Under the pieces are notes generated by a model. It was not told where the DNA came from, ran no database searches, and saw nothing but the letters and a program-made list of their open reading frames with translations. A stretch of DNA of 64,000 nucleotides from Candidatus Dasytiphilus stammeri (GTDB taxonomy: Bacteria > Pseudomonadota > Gammaproteobacteria > Enterobacterales > Enterobacteriaceae). Below are positions 35,490-45,764 of this stretch, piece after piece. The stretch lies in the NCBI GenBank assembly GCA_037083745.1, contig JBAPLR010000003.1, positions 5,689-69,688 on the forward strand, given 5' to 3'. The position numbers and the translations under genes were made by a program. Position 1 is the first letter of the stretch; each line of letters starts with the position of its first letter.

Positions 35490-37472
35490 TTATCTAGGAT
35501 AAGATAAATAATCAATACATAGTGATGGTAACTCATTAATAAAACGAGAGCGCTTATAATAAAGCTCTTTACCATAAAGGCGACGCTTTTGAGCCCAACT
35601 TACTATCAACTTTTTCATTGTTCTTGTAATTGCAACATAAGCGAGGCGACGCTCTTCTTGCATAAGAACTCTATTATCAATAGAATAATGAGTGGGACAC
35701 CAACCTTCTTCCATTCCTACCAAAAATACCATTGGAAATTCTAATCCTTTAGCAGAGTGCATTGACATCATTTGTACGGCATCAACATATTCAGAGGAAA
35801 TATTATTCGCAATACTTAAATTTTCTATACTAGCATGATAAATAAAAGATTGTAGTTGAGATCGGAAAATAAAACTCCCTTCTTTATCTTGCTCATTACT
35901 GTATTTTCGGCAAATAATTACCAACTGCTTAAGATTTTTAATTCGCATTCTAGTGGCTTGTTGCTCTTCAGGAAACTTTGTTTTTAGTTGGTACCCAGTA
36001 CATAATCCAGAATTTTTGATCACATAATCTACTTGTAAATAGAGAGACATCTCTGCAGTATTTTTTTTTAATTGTGCTATCAGCAAAGTAAAACACCGTA
36101 AAGCATCCCGAATTCTTTTTGAGAAGAATGATTTTGTAACTAATGTACATGCTGAATCCCACAAAGAAATATTGTTATTGGTAGAAATTTTTCGTATTTC
36201 CTGCAAAGTTTTCTTTCCTAATCCTCTAGGAGGTTTATTAAAGATTCGCTCAAATGCTAGATTATCATTATGATTAACTATAAGTCTAAGGTAAGCAAAA
36301 ACATCTTGAATTTCTTGTCTATCAAAAAATTTAATCCTTCCCGAAATATAATATCGGACATTAGATTTCCATAATTCATCTTCTATAACTTTAGACTGGG
36401 CTTTACTACGATAAAGAATAGCACATTGTTTTAGCTTACCTCCTTTTTTGTGCCATGATTTTATACGATTTACGACGAATTGTGCTTCATCTAACTCGTT
36501 ATAAGCTTTATAAAGAGTTATGCGTTCTCCATCACTTTTATTAGTCCAGAGTTTTTTTCCTATACGTTCTATATTATGAGCAATAAGTGCATTAGCAGCT
36601 GTTAGGATATGATTTGGAGATCGATAATTTTGTTCTAGTCTAATGATTTTTACTCCAATAAAATCTCTCATAAATCGCTGGATGTTTTTCGTCTTAGCAT
36701 CTCTCCAACTATAAATTGATTGATCATCATCTCCTACTATCATAATAGTATTATGATTATTTGATAGCAACTGAATAAGTTCGTATTGAATATTATTGGT
36801 ATCCTGAAACTCATCAACTAAGATGTGATTAAATATTGAGCGGTATTTCTGCAGAATAGATGGATTATGTAACCACATTTCCTTAACACGCAATAATAAC
36901 TCTGCAAAATCTACCAGTCCCCCCCTATCACACATACTTTGATATATTTTATAAATATGGAATAAATTTTCTTTTCGATGGAAAATTTCACTACTTTCAG
37001 TGGAGATATCAGGTCTAAATCCTGCATTTTTTCTACTATTTATATAGCACATCGCCTGTTGTGCCTCTTGTATTTGAGGAAAATATTTAATAATTATTTT
37101 TTTTATTAATCGTAATTGCTCTGCTTGATCTATAATCCTAAAATTCGATGGTAATTTTGCCGCTGAATAATGATGACGTAATAATCGATGTGCTAAACTA
37201 TGAAAAGTACCTATCCACATTTTTCTCCTTTTTAAACCGAGTATTTTTTCAGTACGATGACCTAATTCATCGGCAGCTTGAGTATTAAAAGTGACTGTCA
37301 TAATAGAAAGTGGGGAGCAATGCTGTACTTTTACTAACCAAGCAATACGATGCACTAATACCCTAGTTTTACCACTTCCAGCTCCTGCCAGAACTAGTAA
37401 ATTTTTGTTCGTAGTAGTAACAGCTTTCCGTTGTTGATTATTTAAAGATTTTAAAATTTCATGAAATTCCAT
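35490..37472 (-). CDS. uvrD: DNA helicase II (UvrD), lacking the C-terminal ~60 aa tail
   Basis: LLVLAGAGSGKTRVLVHRIAWL, ILVDEFQDTN, IVGDDDQSIYSWR, LEQNYRS, MSMHSAKGLEFP and RRLAYVAITRT match UvrD. The uvrD-corA and dapF-uvrD neighbourhood supports uvrD rather than rep. It is 660 aa versus 720 aa in E. coli. Confidence 0.85.
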   Translation of the reverse strand: MEFHEILKSLNNQQRKAVTTTNKNLLVLAGAGSGKTRVLVHRIAWLVKVQHCSPLSIMTVTFNTQAADELGHRTEKILGLKRRKMWIGTFHSLAHRLLRHHYSAAKLPSNFRIIDQAEQLRLIKKIIIKYFPQIQEAQQAMCYINSRKNAGFRPDISTESSEIFHRKENLFHIYKIYQSMCDRGGLVDFAELLLRVKEMWLHNPSILQKYRSIFNHILVDEFQDTNNIQYELIQLLSNNHNTIMIVGDDDQSIYSWRDAKTKNIQRFMRDFIGVKIIRLEQNYRSPNHILTAANALIAHNIERIGKKLWTNKSDGERITLYKAYNELDEAQFVVNRIKSWHKKGGKLKQCAILYRSKAQSKVIEDELWKSNVRYYISGRIKFFDRQEIQDVFAYLRLIVNHNDNLAFERIFNKPPRGLGKKTLQEIRKISTNNNISLWDSACTLVTKSFFSKRIRDALRCFTLLIAQLKKNTAEMSLYLQVDYVIKNSGLCTGYQLKTKFPEEQQATRMRIKNLKQLVIICRKYSNEQDKEGSFIFRSQLQSFIYHASIENLSIANNISSEYVDAVQMMSMHSAKGLEFPMVFLVGMEEGWCPTHYSIDNRVLMQEERRLAYVAITRTMKKLIVSWAQKRRLYGKELYYKRSRFINELPSLCIDYLSYPR

Positions 37473-37491
37473 TTTTTTTGCACAAAGGAAT

Positions 37492-38322
37492 TTATTGAAG
37501 ATCAGAAATTATTCCATCATATACGTGTGTTGCAGGTCCTGTCATAAATAATGCCTCACCCGGTCCTAGCCAGCTAATCTGCAGACTACCAACAGGAAAA
37601 TATACTTGGACCTCTTTATTTAAAAAACCACTTTTTACTCCTACTGCCACGGCTGCACAAGCACCACTACCACAAGCAGGAGTTTCTCCTACCCCTCTCT
37701 CAAAAACACGTAGCCTAATATGTTGTCGATTGATAACTTCCATAAAACTAATATTTACAGACTCTGGAAATAGATAATTTTTTTGCAGTAAGCAACCTAC
37801 TTTTTCCACGGGAGCATTTTTAATATTATCTACTGGAATGACACAATGCGGATTTCCCATAGATACTACACTACACATAATAGTATCATCTCCTACTACT
37901 ATGGGATATTTATTATGAATAGTATCTGCTAAAAATGGAATTCTTGCTGGGGTAAAATTTGGTTCGTTCATTTTTACACATATTTGTTCATTATCTTTTA
38001 TTAACAAAAATAACTTTCCTTTTATAGTACTAACTATAAGATTTTTTTTGTTAGTTAAACCTTTTAAATTAACAAACTTAGCTAAACAGCGTGCTCCATT
38101 TCCACATTGTGTTACTTCGTTACCATCACAATTAAAAATACGATAGTGGAAATCAGTATGATTATTTGGGGGTGTTTCAACTAGTAAAAATTGATCAAAT
38201 CCTATTCCTTGTCTTCGATCAGACATCCTACGAATAAGTGAATGTGAAATGGTTATATTTTGTGTTATTGATTCCACAATCATAAAATCGTTACCCAAAC
38301 TATGCATTTTAGAAAATTTCAT
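37492..38322 (-). CDS. dapF: Diaminopimelate epimerase
   Basis: MKFSKMHSLGNDFMIV, NCDGNEVTQCGNGARC, SMGNPHCV and ERGVGETPACGSGACAA include both catalytic Cys motifs. Confidence 0.92.
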   Translation of the reverse strand: MKFSKMHSLGNDFMIVESITQNITISHSLIRRMSDRRQGIGFDQFLLVETPPNNHTDFHYRIFNCDGNEVTQCGNGARCLAKFVNLKGLTNKKNLIVSTIKGKLFLLIKDNEQICVKMNEPNFTPARIPFLADTIHNKYPIVVGDDTIMCSVVSMGNPHCVIPVDNIKNAPVEKVGCLLQKNYLFPESVNISFMEVINRQHIRLRVFERGVGETPACGSGACAAVAVGVKSGFLNKEVQVYFPVGSLQISWLGPGEALFMTGPATHVYDGIISDLQ

Positions 38323-38396
38323 TATGCCTCCATTACTTATGACCCATAAGGCTTAACTACCTAGCAAAATGAAACTGAAATGGATGAGAAAGGTGC

Positions 38397-38426
38397 AAAA
38401 TGCGGACCAGGAAAGTCCGCATTTTT
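38397..38426. terminator. Strong GC-cored hairpin terminator downstream of the YsnF-like/OmpA-like gene pair
   Basis: AAAATGCGGAC-caggaaa-GTCCGCATTTT forms an 11-bp perfect stem (38397-38407 / 38415-38425) with T runs on both strands. It lies 46 nt downstream of the 38472 stop codon on the minus strand. Confidence 0.75.
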
Positions 38427-38471
38427 AATTAAAAAGAAAAGTTTTTTTCTTATAATGAGAAGTTGAAGCTG

Positions 38472-39260
38472 TTATTTCGTACATTTACCATTATTATTAT
38501 TATGCTTTACTTCTATTTCTTGCTTTCGTAAGGTATCCCGGATCTTTTCTACTCGATCTTTACCTTCTTTTCGCACTATTACCTCTTCAACAACATTAGC
38601 TTTTTTATTTATAACTGGTTGTTCATGAGTCTCTGAGATTTCGACTACTGTCTCAGACCAATCAATATTATCATCTGATTGGCAGTTACCACTCTTAAGG
38701 GCACGTCTCAAAATAGAGGCATGTTCTTCATGAAGAGGAACTTCTACTTCTACATCTTTTTGGGTGACAAACCGCCGAACTCTTGTAGATCCTTCATAAA
38801 CAACTTTTTTACCAATTTCTAATTTTTCCTCTGCTAACTCTAAAACCTCTTCTTCGGCATGTTTTGGGTCTGTAGAGAAATGACTATGTTTTTTTGCTGA
38901 GATAATATCCTCGTTATTACAGTTAGAAACTGTTGCGTCCGACATTTCTACTAGAGGATGAGTATTCAAAATACTGATAGCTCTAGGAGTATCTTCTTCT
39001 TTAGTACGTAAAGTTAAAACTACTCCACCAGTTTTTACTGCCTGTCCATATATTTTAGCTTCTTGGTCAGTTAAACTTTGACCTAATAAACGTCTCCAAA
39101 TATCATGTCTATGGACTAAAATATTAGCTCCTCCTTGAAGTTGATCATTATTAATAAAACTTATATCATGCTTTTTAAATCCTGCTTTTAAAAGATTTCT
39201 CTTAGCGTCTTGTGCATGTTGAAAGTTATCAAACAAAGTTACTATCTTTTCATAGCTCAT
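38472..39260 (-). CDS. YsnF/AvaK (DUF2382)-domain general-stress-type protein
   Basis: The C-terminal half carries the repeated pattern LELAEEKLEIGKKVVYEGSTRVRRFVTQKDVEVEVPLHEEHASI and VVEEVIVRKEGKDRVEKIRDTLRKQEIEV, typical of DUF2382. The N-terminus (IVTLFDNFQHAQDAKRNLLKAGF) resembles stress-protein YflT-like domains. Confidence 0.6.
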   Translation of the reverse strand: MSYEKIVTLFDNFQHAQDAKRNLLKAGFKKHDISFINNDQLQGGANILVHRHDIWRRLLGQSLTDQEAKIYGQAVKTGGVVLTLRTKEEDTPRAISILNTHPLVEMSDATVSNCNNEDIISAKKHSHFSTDPKHAEEEVLELAEEKLEIGKKVVYEGSTRVRRFVTQKDVEVEVPLHEEHASILRRALKSGNCQSDDNIDWSETVVEISETHEQPVINKKANVVEEVIVRKEGKDRVEKIRDTLRKQEIEVKHNNNNGKCTK

Positions 39261-39306
39261 TATTAAACCCTCTTAATCTAAGAGTTAGAATAGTATCTAA
39301 GCATTA

Positions 39307-39963
39307 TTACTTTTGTAGAACATTTATTGAAACTCCACGATTTTGGATTTTACCTGGAGTAGTTGTAGAAGCTATTATAGGATTTTTATCACCATAACCT
39401 TGCGCTAACACTCGTTCAGGTGCAATCTTTAAATCAATCAATTCCTTTCGAACACTTTCTGCTCTTGCTTGGGATGAAACTATATTTTTTTCAGTTCGTC
39501 CGATACTATCAGTATAGCCGCCAATTTTTATTTTTACATTTGGATACGCCTTTAATATAGCAGCAATATTTTGTAAATGTGTTTTAGCCTCTATTGTTGC
39601 GTCATCTTGAGTTCTATCAAAAACTAGATAATCCAAATTTAACCAAAGTTTATCGCTTATTTTTTGTGCGGGATCTTGAATAAATTTTAATAATTTTGCT
39701 TCTACACTATCATTTTGCATACTGATAGTAACACCATCCGGTAATGTAATATTATTAAGTACCTTTACGCTGGTTAATTTGTGTAAGGGAGTTTTAGAAA
39801 TTTGTTTTTCTTCCTTCTTATGTAGTGGTTGGAAATACCAATACAAAAAGAGTAACGATATAACTAATAGAGGTAGTAACCAAATTATTACATTCGAACG
39901 TTTTTTTATTACTTCTTGTGCGAGAATAGAATTCTCATTCTTTTTCTGTCTATTAGATAACAT
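39307..39963 (-). CDS. Membrane-anchored OmpA-like (peptidoglycan-binding) domain protein
   Basis: It has one N-terminal TM helix (VIIWLLPLLVISLLFLYWYF). The C-terminal OmpA_C domain reads LVFDRTQDDATIEAKTHLQNIAAILKAYPNVKIKIGGYTDSIGRTEKNIVSSQARAESVRKELI...NRGVSINVL. Confidence 0.7.
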   Translation of the reverse strand: MLSNRQKKNENSILAQEVIKKRSNVIIWLLPLLVISLLFLYWYFQPLHKKEEKQISKTPLHKLTSVKVLNNITLPDGVTISMQNDSVEAKLLKFIQDPAQKISDKLWLNLDYLVFDRTQDDATIEAKTHLQNIAAILKAYPNVKIKIGGYTDSIGRTEKNIVSSQARAESVRKELIDLKIAPERVLAQGYGDKNPIIASTTTPGKIQNRGVSINVLQK

Positions 39964-40142
39964 TTCTCTGCCTCTTCTTATTTTTTTATTTAGACTGGAT
40001 TATTAACAATTAAATATAGTTTTTTTTTTAAACAAATGCCAATTAAATATTAATTTATCAGTCTCCTAGATTAGTGATTTTAATTTTATCACTATACCAT
40101 CATTAGTCAATGACTGTAAATATGAATATTATATTTTAGTGA

Positions 40143-40216
40143 TCGGCGAGAGAGGATTTGAACCTCCGACCCACTGGTCCCAAACCAGTTGCGCTACCAA
40201 ACTGCGCTACTCGCCG
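40143..40216 (-). tRNA. proM: tRNA-Pro (UGG), no encoded CCA
   Basis: The reverse complement CGGCGAGTAGCGCAGTTTGGTAGCGCAACTGGTTTGGGACCAGTGGGTCGGAGGTTCAAATCCTCTCTCGCCGA is nearly identical to E. coli proM. The next bases are TCA, not CCA. Confidence 0.9.
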
Positions 40217-40236
40217 ACTACTTTTTTTTTTGTGAG

Positions 40237-40321
40237 TGCGAAGAGAGGGAGTTGAACCCTCACATCTAATTCAGACACTAGCTCCTGAAACTAGCGCGTC
40301 TACCTATTCCGCCATCTTCGC
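40237..40321 (-). tRNA. leuT: tRNA-Leu (CAG), no encoded CCA
   Basis: The reverse complement GCGAAGATGGCGGAATAGGTAGACGCGCTAGTTTCAGGAGCTAGTGTCTGAATTAGATGTGAGGGTTCAACTCCCTCTCTTCGCA has a long variable arm. It is followed by CTC. Confidence 0.9.
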
Positions 40322-40342
40322 TTTATATTTTTCTCATTATGA

Positions 40343-40419
40343 TGGGGTGGCTAATGGGACTTGAACCCATGACAACTGGAATCACAATCCAGGACTCTAC
40401 CAACTGAGCTATAGCCACC
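40343..40419 (-). tRNA. hisR: tRNA-His (GUG) with G-1, CCA encoded
   Basis: The reverse complement is GGTGGCTATAGCTCAGTTGGTAGAGTCCTGGATTGTGATTCCAGTTGTCATGGGTTCAAGTCCCATTAGCCACCCCA. Confidence 0.9.
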
Positions 40420-40439
40420 ATTACAGACATTCGATCGCA

Positions 40440-40512
<73 letters not shown>

Positions 40513-40607
40513 TTTTAGATAATGATATTTGTATACTCCAACGATGATTTATTTTTAAATAAAAAGTTATGATTTTAAAATCATTAATCTTCTTAAGATG
40601 ATTTTAT

Positions 40608-41867
40608 TTAATGTCGTTTCATCATATTAAAAAATTCCTGATTAGTTTTAGTCATGGCTAGTTTATTAATAATAAATTCTATCGCTTCAATTTCAGACAT
40701 AGGATGGATAATTTTTCGTAAGATCCACATCTTGTGAAGATCTTCTACTGAAGTTAATAATTCTTCTTTACGAGTACCGGATCTATTATAATCAATAGCT
40801 GGAAATACTCTTTTTTCTGCAATTTTTCTAGCTAAATGTAATTCCATATTACCAGTACCTTTAAATTCTTCATAAATAATCTCATCCATTTTGGAACCCG
40901 TATCAATAAGTGCCGTAGCTATGATAGTTAAACTTCCACCTTCTTCTACATTCCGAGCTGCCCCAAAAAATCTTTTGGGACGGTGAAGGGCATTTGAATC
41001 TACGCCCCCGGTTAATATTTTTCCCGATGCTGGTACTACTGTATTATAAGCTCGGGCCAGTCGTGTAATTGAATCTAGCAAAATAATAACATCTTTTTTG
41101 TGTTCAACTAAACGTTTCGCTTTTTCAATAACCATCTCCGCTACTTGTACATGTCTAGTGGCAGGCTCATCAAATGTTGATGCCATTACGTCTCCTTTGA
41201 CTAGCCTGTGCATCTCAGTGACTTCTTCAGGTCGTTCATCAATGAGTAAGACCATTAAAATACATTCAGGATGATTATAAGCTACACTTTGTGCTATATT
41301 TTGTAATAATATTGTTTTTCCTGCTTTTGGTGGGGCTACAATTAAACCTCGTTGTCCACAACCTATAGGGGACGCTAAATCTAATACTCTTGCAGTTAAG
41401 TCTTCGGTCGAACCATTTCCACGTTCCATCCGTAATCGTCTATTGGCATGTAAGGGAGTTAAATTTTCAAACAATATTTTTATTCTGGAAGTTTCTGGTT
41501 TTTCACAATTGACTTCCTTAACTTTTAACAATGCGAAATAACGTTCTCCATCTTTTGGAGGTCTAATTTTACCAGCAATAGTATCTCCCGTCCGAAGATT
41601 AAATCTTCTAATTTGACTCGGAGATACATAAATATCATCTGGACCTGCCAGATAGGAACTGTCTACCGATCGCAGAAAACCAAAACCATCCTGTAATATT
41701 TCCAGCACACCATCACCAAATATATCTTCTCCACTTTTAGAATGTTGTTTTAATATAGCAAAAATCATGTCTTGTTTACGTGTACGTGCTAGATTTTCTA
41801 GACCCATACTATCTCCTAAAGTTATTAGTTCGGAGACCGGCCTATTTTTTAATTCGGTAAGATTCAT
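40608..41867 (-). CDS. rho: Transcription termination factor Rho
   Basis: [32 protein letters not shown], Walker A PPKAGKT and [13 protein letters not shown] are present. It is 419 aa, as in E. coli. Confidence 0.95.
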   Translation of the reverse strand: MNLTELKNRPVSELITLGDSMGLENLARTRKQDMIFAILKQHSKSGEDIFGDGVLEILQDGFGFLRSVDSSYLAGPDDIYVSPSQIRRFNLRTGDTIAGKIRPPKDGERYFALLKVKEVNCEKPETSRIKILFENLTPLHANRRLRMERGNGSTEDLTARVLDLASPIGCGQRGLIVAPPKAGKTILLQNIAQSVAYNHPECILMVLLIDERPEEVTEMHRLVKGDVMASTFDEPATRHVQVAEMVIEKAKRLVEHKKDVIILLDSITRLARAYNTVVPASGKILTGGVDSNALHRPKRFFGAARNVEEGGSLTIIATALIDTGSKMDEIIYEEFKGTGNMELHLARKIAEKRVFPAIDYNRSGTRKEELLTSVEDLHKMWILRKIIHPMSEIEAIEFIINKLAMTKTNQEFFNMMKRH

Positions 41868-42043
41868 AATGGGGATTCTTAAAATCGGAATAATTTTAAC
41901 TAATTAGTTTAGTTCTATGATATTTCTAATTAATAATATATATAAACTTCAAAATATTTACGATTAAATATAAATAACTAGATAATTTAATTGCCGAATA
42001 TCTGGGTGGATAATGTGCAGATTTCGGCAAAGGTTGTTCTTAG

Positions 42044-42074
42044 TAGCAATAAAAATATAATCTCCCGAAGGAGA
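42044..42074 (-). terminator. Candidate intrinsic terminator of trxA
   Basis: Directly after the TAG stop, the minus strand reads TCTCC-TTCG-GGAGA, followed by TTATATTTTTATT. The stem is short (5 bp) but GC-containing. Confidence 0.45.
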
Positions 42075-42419
42075 CTACTCCGGATCATTAATAAAAAATT
42101 GATTCAAAAATTCTTTCAGTTTTCCTAGGGTTAAAATTCCTACTTTGGTGTCCAATAATTTTCCATTTTTAAAAACTAATAAAGTAGGAATTCCACGAAT
42201 TCCATATTTTTGTGTTGTAACCGGATTTTTATCTACATTTAATTTTGCTACATTTAGCTGATGTTTATATTCTTCAGCTATTTCCTCTAAAATAGGTGCC
42301 ATTCCTTTACACGGACCACACCATTCTGCCCAAAACTCTACTAGAGTAACTCTATTATCTTCCTTTAACAAATAGTCTTCAAAATTATTATCGTGAACGT
42401 AAATAATTTTATCGCTCAT
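42075..42419 (-). CDS. trxA: Thioredoxin 1
   Basis: [18 protein letters not shown]...[23 protein letters not shown] (WCGPC) matches TrxA. Start at the ATG preceded by GGAGAACAAC; the ORF-track GTG start lies 4 codons upstream. It is upstream of rho, as in E. coli. Confidence 0.92.
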   Translation of the reverse strand: MSDKIIYVHDNNFEDYLLKEDNRVTLVEFWAEWCGPCKGMAPILEEIAEEYKHQLNVAKLNVDKNPVTTQKYGIRGIPTLLVFKNGKLLDTKVGILTLGKLKEFLNQFFINDPE

Positions 42420-42945
42420 GTTGTTCTCCACAAGTGTATCCTTTTTAGCATAAAAATTTTAACCCATCAATACTTAGATAACTTCTTATCGACAAGTTAA
42501 ATTTTATTTTTTCGCTCTTTTTTTTGAGCTTTTTTTATTATTTGTTGAACCTACTTTTATAATACCATACTTACTTCGTAGATAAAGCACCGGAGAAAAA
42601 GGAATACAGGTGAAAATAACTCACCACTCCAAGAGAGAACATTGGTAACTACTCGGAGCAGTCAGAGTAGTTAATAACTTCCATCTAAATCTTTTTAGAT
42701 AGATGAATAGAATATTTTCTTCTTATTATAGATGAAAAATTCATACTTTACCTTTTCTATTTAAGTAAAAATTATGGCGTAATAATATTATCAATAAATA
42801 TAAATTATCCGATGATCAATTTAATTATATCATTCATATATCATAATAACTTTTAATTTCGAGTAAATTAGAGTTCTTTATGTTAAGGATCGTTATCTAA
42901 ATAATCTTCTTCAAGAACGAGTTTACTACCAAGAGGTAATAAAAT

Positions 42946-43201
42946 CTACAGATAAGATATTTTATCTAACCTCGTTGGGACGAAGTAGTGACAGAACGAA
43001 TTTACGATATACCTGGCAAATTTTGCTTCTTCATCATTGATAGGTTTTCTTTTGGACACTTGTAACTTGGAGCAGGACCAACCAGATATTTCTAATATCT
43101 GAGCTTATTTAATAGTAAAATTACCATGATGGAGAAATTTCCGGGAAAAATTGTTTATCAAAAAAAATAATAATTTTTGTTAAAAAAATTTCTATATTCA
43201 T
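42946..43201 (-). pseudogene. yifE: yifE (UPF0438) pseudogene with one frameshift and one in-frame TAA
   Basis: From ATG 43201: MNIEIFLTKIIIFFDKQFFP, then a frame change, then SRKFLHHGNFTIK*AQILEISGWSCSKLQVSKRKPINDEEAKFARY. E. coli YifE reads [53 protein letters not shown]. It is divergent from hdfR, as in E. coli. Confidence 0.75.
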
Positions 43202-43339
43202 GATATGTAATCCTAATATTATTTTAGGCATATTTATGCCAATTATCGAAAATATCCGCTGCAGAGTATGAGATAAAATTGATTAAGTGTAACTTAAAAA
43301 TTTTTATCAAAAATACAAAATTTATTATTGGAGAAAATA

Positions 43340-44185
43340 GTGAATACCGAATTATTAAAAACTTTTTTAGAGGTAAGTAGAACTTTACATTTTGGTAAAG
43401 CTGCAGAACTGCTTTACCTAACTCAATCCGCGGTAAGTTTTCGTATTCGTCAGCTAGAAAACCAACTAGGAGTAATTCTTTTTACCCGAAACCGTAACAA
43501 GATTAGATTGACTGCAGCGGGTATACGATTAGTTCCTTATGCGAATAGCATGCTCAACTTCTGGTTATCCGCTAAAAAAAACGTTATATATGCTCAACAC
43601 TATTATCAATTATCAATTGGAACTAGTGCTTCAGTATGGGAAGCTTATTTAACTGCATGGTTAAAATCCATTTATGATTACAATCAAGAAAACTCGTTGT
43701 ATATCGATGTTCGAATGGCATCACGTAATTTACTCATCAAACAATTACATGACCACCAACTAGACATATTAATTACTACTGATGTTCCTAAAATGGTAGG
43801 AGTAGTTAGTACAAAAATAGGAACTATATCACTCCAATTGTTCCATACAATACGACTACTACCTAATAATCATTATAATTATATAAATCTAGAGTGGGGA
43901 GATGATGGTTCCAATCATGAGCTGACGAGTACTGAAATACAGTTATTACCTGTCTTAATGACATCTTCAGCACATTTAACACGGAAGTTATTAACTAGCA
44001 TAAATGCTTGTGCTTTTTTACCTAATTTTTGGAATAAAATTTATCCAGAATTGATAACTATATCGCATATCCCACTAATCACCCGGCCTTTATACGCCAT
44101 ATGGCTAAAAAATAGTACTCAACAGACCCAAATACAAAAATTACTTAAATGGTCTCTTAATAATTTTAAGTTTAAATTTTTATGA
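43340..44185 (+). CDS. hdfR: LysR-family regulator HdfR
   Basis: NTELLKTFLEVSRTLHFGKAAELLYLTQSAVSFRIRQLENQLGVILFTRNRNKIRLTAAG is almost residue-for-residue E. coli HdfR. ...RPLYAIWLKNS also matches. GTG start at 43340 after GGAG; the ORF-track TTG lies 4 codons upstream. Confidence 0.88.
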   Translation: MNTELLKTFLEVSRTLHFGKAAELLYLTQSAVSFRIRQLENQLGVILFTRNRNKIRLTAAGIRLVPYANSMLNFWLSAKKNVIYAQHYYQLSIGTSASVWEAYLTAWLKSIYDYNQENSLYIDVRMASRNLLIKQLHDHQLDILITTDVPKMVGVVSTKIGTISLQLFHTIRLLPNNHYNYINLEWGDDGSNHELTSTEIQLLPVLMTSSAHLTRKLLTSINACAFLPNFWNKIYPELITISHIPLITRPLYAIWLKNSTQQTQIQKLLKWSLNNFKFKFL

Positions 44186-44212
44186 CTATTTCATGGAATC
44201 TGAAATAAATTG

Positions 44213-44285
44213 CAGGGGCGAAGGGAATCGAACCCCCAACCTCCGGTTTTGGAGACCGATGTTCTGCCTATTGAACTACGCCCCT
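44213..44285 (-). tRNA. trpT: tRNA-Trp (CCA anticodon), 3' CCA not encoded
   Basis: The reverse complement AGGGGCGTAGTTCAATAGGCAGAACATCGGTCTCCAAAACCGGAGGTTGGGGGTTCGATTCCCTTCGCCCCTG is followed by CAA. It is adjacent to hdfR, as trpT is in E. coli. Confidence 0.9.
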
Positions 44286-44346
44286 CAACAACTCATAATC
44301 CTTGATTATGGAAGAGATATTGTGTGTGCATCATGATTCAAATTTA

Positions 44347-45198
44347 TTATGACCTTCTGCTGATGATCCTTTCATTCTGCAGAGTTTTAATAACTGATGA
44401 AATTTCTGGCAATACCCCATACCATAGTAAAAAAGAATATGCGGCTTGTCCTACTAACATACCTAAACCATCCGCACAATATTTAGCTCCTTGTTCCTTA
44501 CTCCACTGTAAAAAAGGTGTTAAATTATTTTGATAAAATAAATCATAACAACACGTGTGAGAAGATATTACTTTTTTTGGTAAAAAAGGCATTATCCCAT
44601 TCAGACTACAGGAAGTAGCATTAATTATTAAGTCCACTTGTAATTCATTCAATCTATTTCTATGTACTGCTGTAATATTACCGTAAGCTCTAAATCTTAG
44701 AGCCATGTTCTGGGCGCGGATGAAAGTACGATTAGTAACAATAATCGAACAATTATAATATAATAAAGGTAAAATTATACCATAAGCTGCTCCTCCTGCT
44801 CCCAGAATCAAGATATTATCTTGAGGATGAATTAAGTTGAGTCTTTTTAGATCACTAAGTAACCCAATTCCATCTGTATTATCTCCTAATAAGTGATCAT
44901 TTTCTAACTTCTTAAGAGTATTAACTGAACCAGCTAACAAAGCACGTTCTGTCAAAATATTTGCTAAACTATACGCTTGTTGCTTAAAGGGCATAGTGAT
45001 ATTAGCGCCTTTCGCGATACTTCCTGAAAAAAACTCATTTAATCTATCTGCAAAACATTCTCTACTTGTCTGAATTTTTCCATAAATGTGAGAGTAAATG
45101 TGAAGTTGATTAGCAAACAACTGATAAATACGCGGAGATTGACTATGTTTTATGGGATAGCCAAAAATCGCAAAAGGATAATCATAATTATTAAACAT
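44347..45198 (-). CDS. aroE: Shikimate 5-dehydrogenase
   Basis: FAIFGYPIKHSQSPRIY, GANITMPFKQQA, GSVNTL, LLGDNTDGIGL, ILGAGGAA and ADGLGMLVGQAA match AroE. Its ATG overlaps the tsaC stop (TAATG). Confidence 0.9.
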   Translation of the reverse strand: MFNNYDYPFAIFGYPIKHSQSPRIYQLFANQLHIYSHIYGKIQTSRECFADRLNEFFSGSIAKGANITMPFKQQAYSLANILTERALLAGSVNTLKKLENDHLLGDNTDGIGLLSDLKRLNLIHPQDNILILGAGGAAYGIILPLLYYNCSIIVTNRTFIRAQNMALRFRAYGNITAVHRNRLNELQVDLIINATSCSLNGIMPFLPKKVISSHTCCYDLFYQNNLTPFLQWSKEQGAKYCADGLGMLVGQAAYSFLLWYGVLPEISSVIKTLQNERIISRRS

Positions 45199-45764
45199 TA
45201 TCCACCACTACGAATAATTTTGCCCGAAAATAAATACCTAATTTCGGTAGGATGCTGTAGTTTTCCAATATTACCAGGATATACTGGTAATTCATATCCA
45301 AATTGAGATCTTATCTCTGGTAGAGAACGACAAGGAGGACTACCTGATACATTAGCGCTAGTAGATACTAATGGTTTTTTAAAAGCTTTACACAATTGAA
45401 TAATTGCTTCATGCTTACTAATACGTATAGCTACTGAATTAAATGATCCCTTAAGCCAAGCTGGAGTCTGAATTCTAGCTGGCACTACCCATGTTAATGG
45501 TCCAGAATTATGAGAATATAGTTGTGCGCGCTGCTCATAAGATAATTTTTCACTTTCAATATAAGGTATTAACTGTTGGTAATCCGATGCTACCAATATA
45601 AAACCTTTTGATAAAGAACGTTTTTTTAAAGTCTGTAGGCTTCTAACAGCTTTTTTGCTATCTGGATCACAACCTAAACCAAAAACTCCTTCTGTAGGGT
45701 AAGCTATAATTTTTTCTTCGTAGAGAGTTTTCAAAAAAAACGGGAGAGATTTATATTGGTTCAT
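45198..45764 (-). CDS. tsaC: Threonylcarbamoyl-AMP synthase TsaC (YrdC/RimN)
   Basis: IIAYPTEGVFGLGCDPDS...KGFILVASDYQQL.PYI...KPLVSTSANVSGSPPCRS matches YrdC. Confidence 0.88.
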   Translation of the reverse strand: MNQYKSLPFFLKTLYEEKIIAYPTEGVFGLGCDPDSKKAVRSLQTLKKRSLSKGFILVASDYQQLIPYIESEKLSYEQRAQLYSHNSGPLTWVVPARIQTPAWLKGSFNSVAIRISKHEAIIQLCKAFKKPLVSTSANVSGSPPCRSLPEIRSQFGYELPVYPGNIGKLQHPTEIRYLFSGKIIRSGG

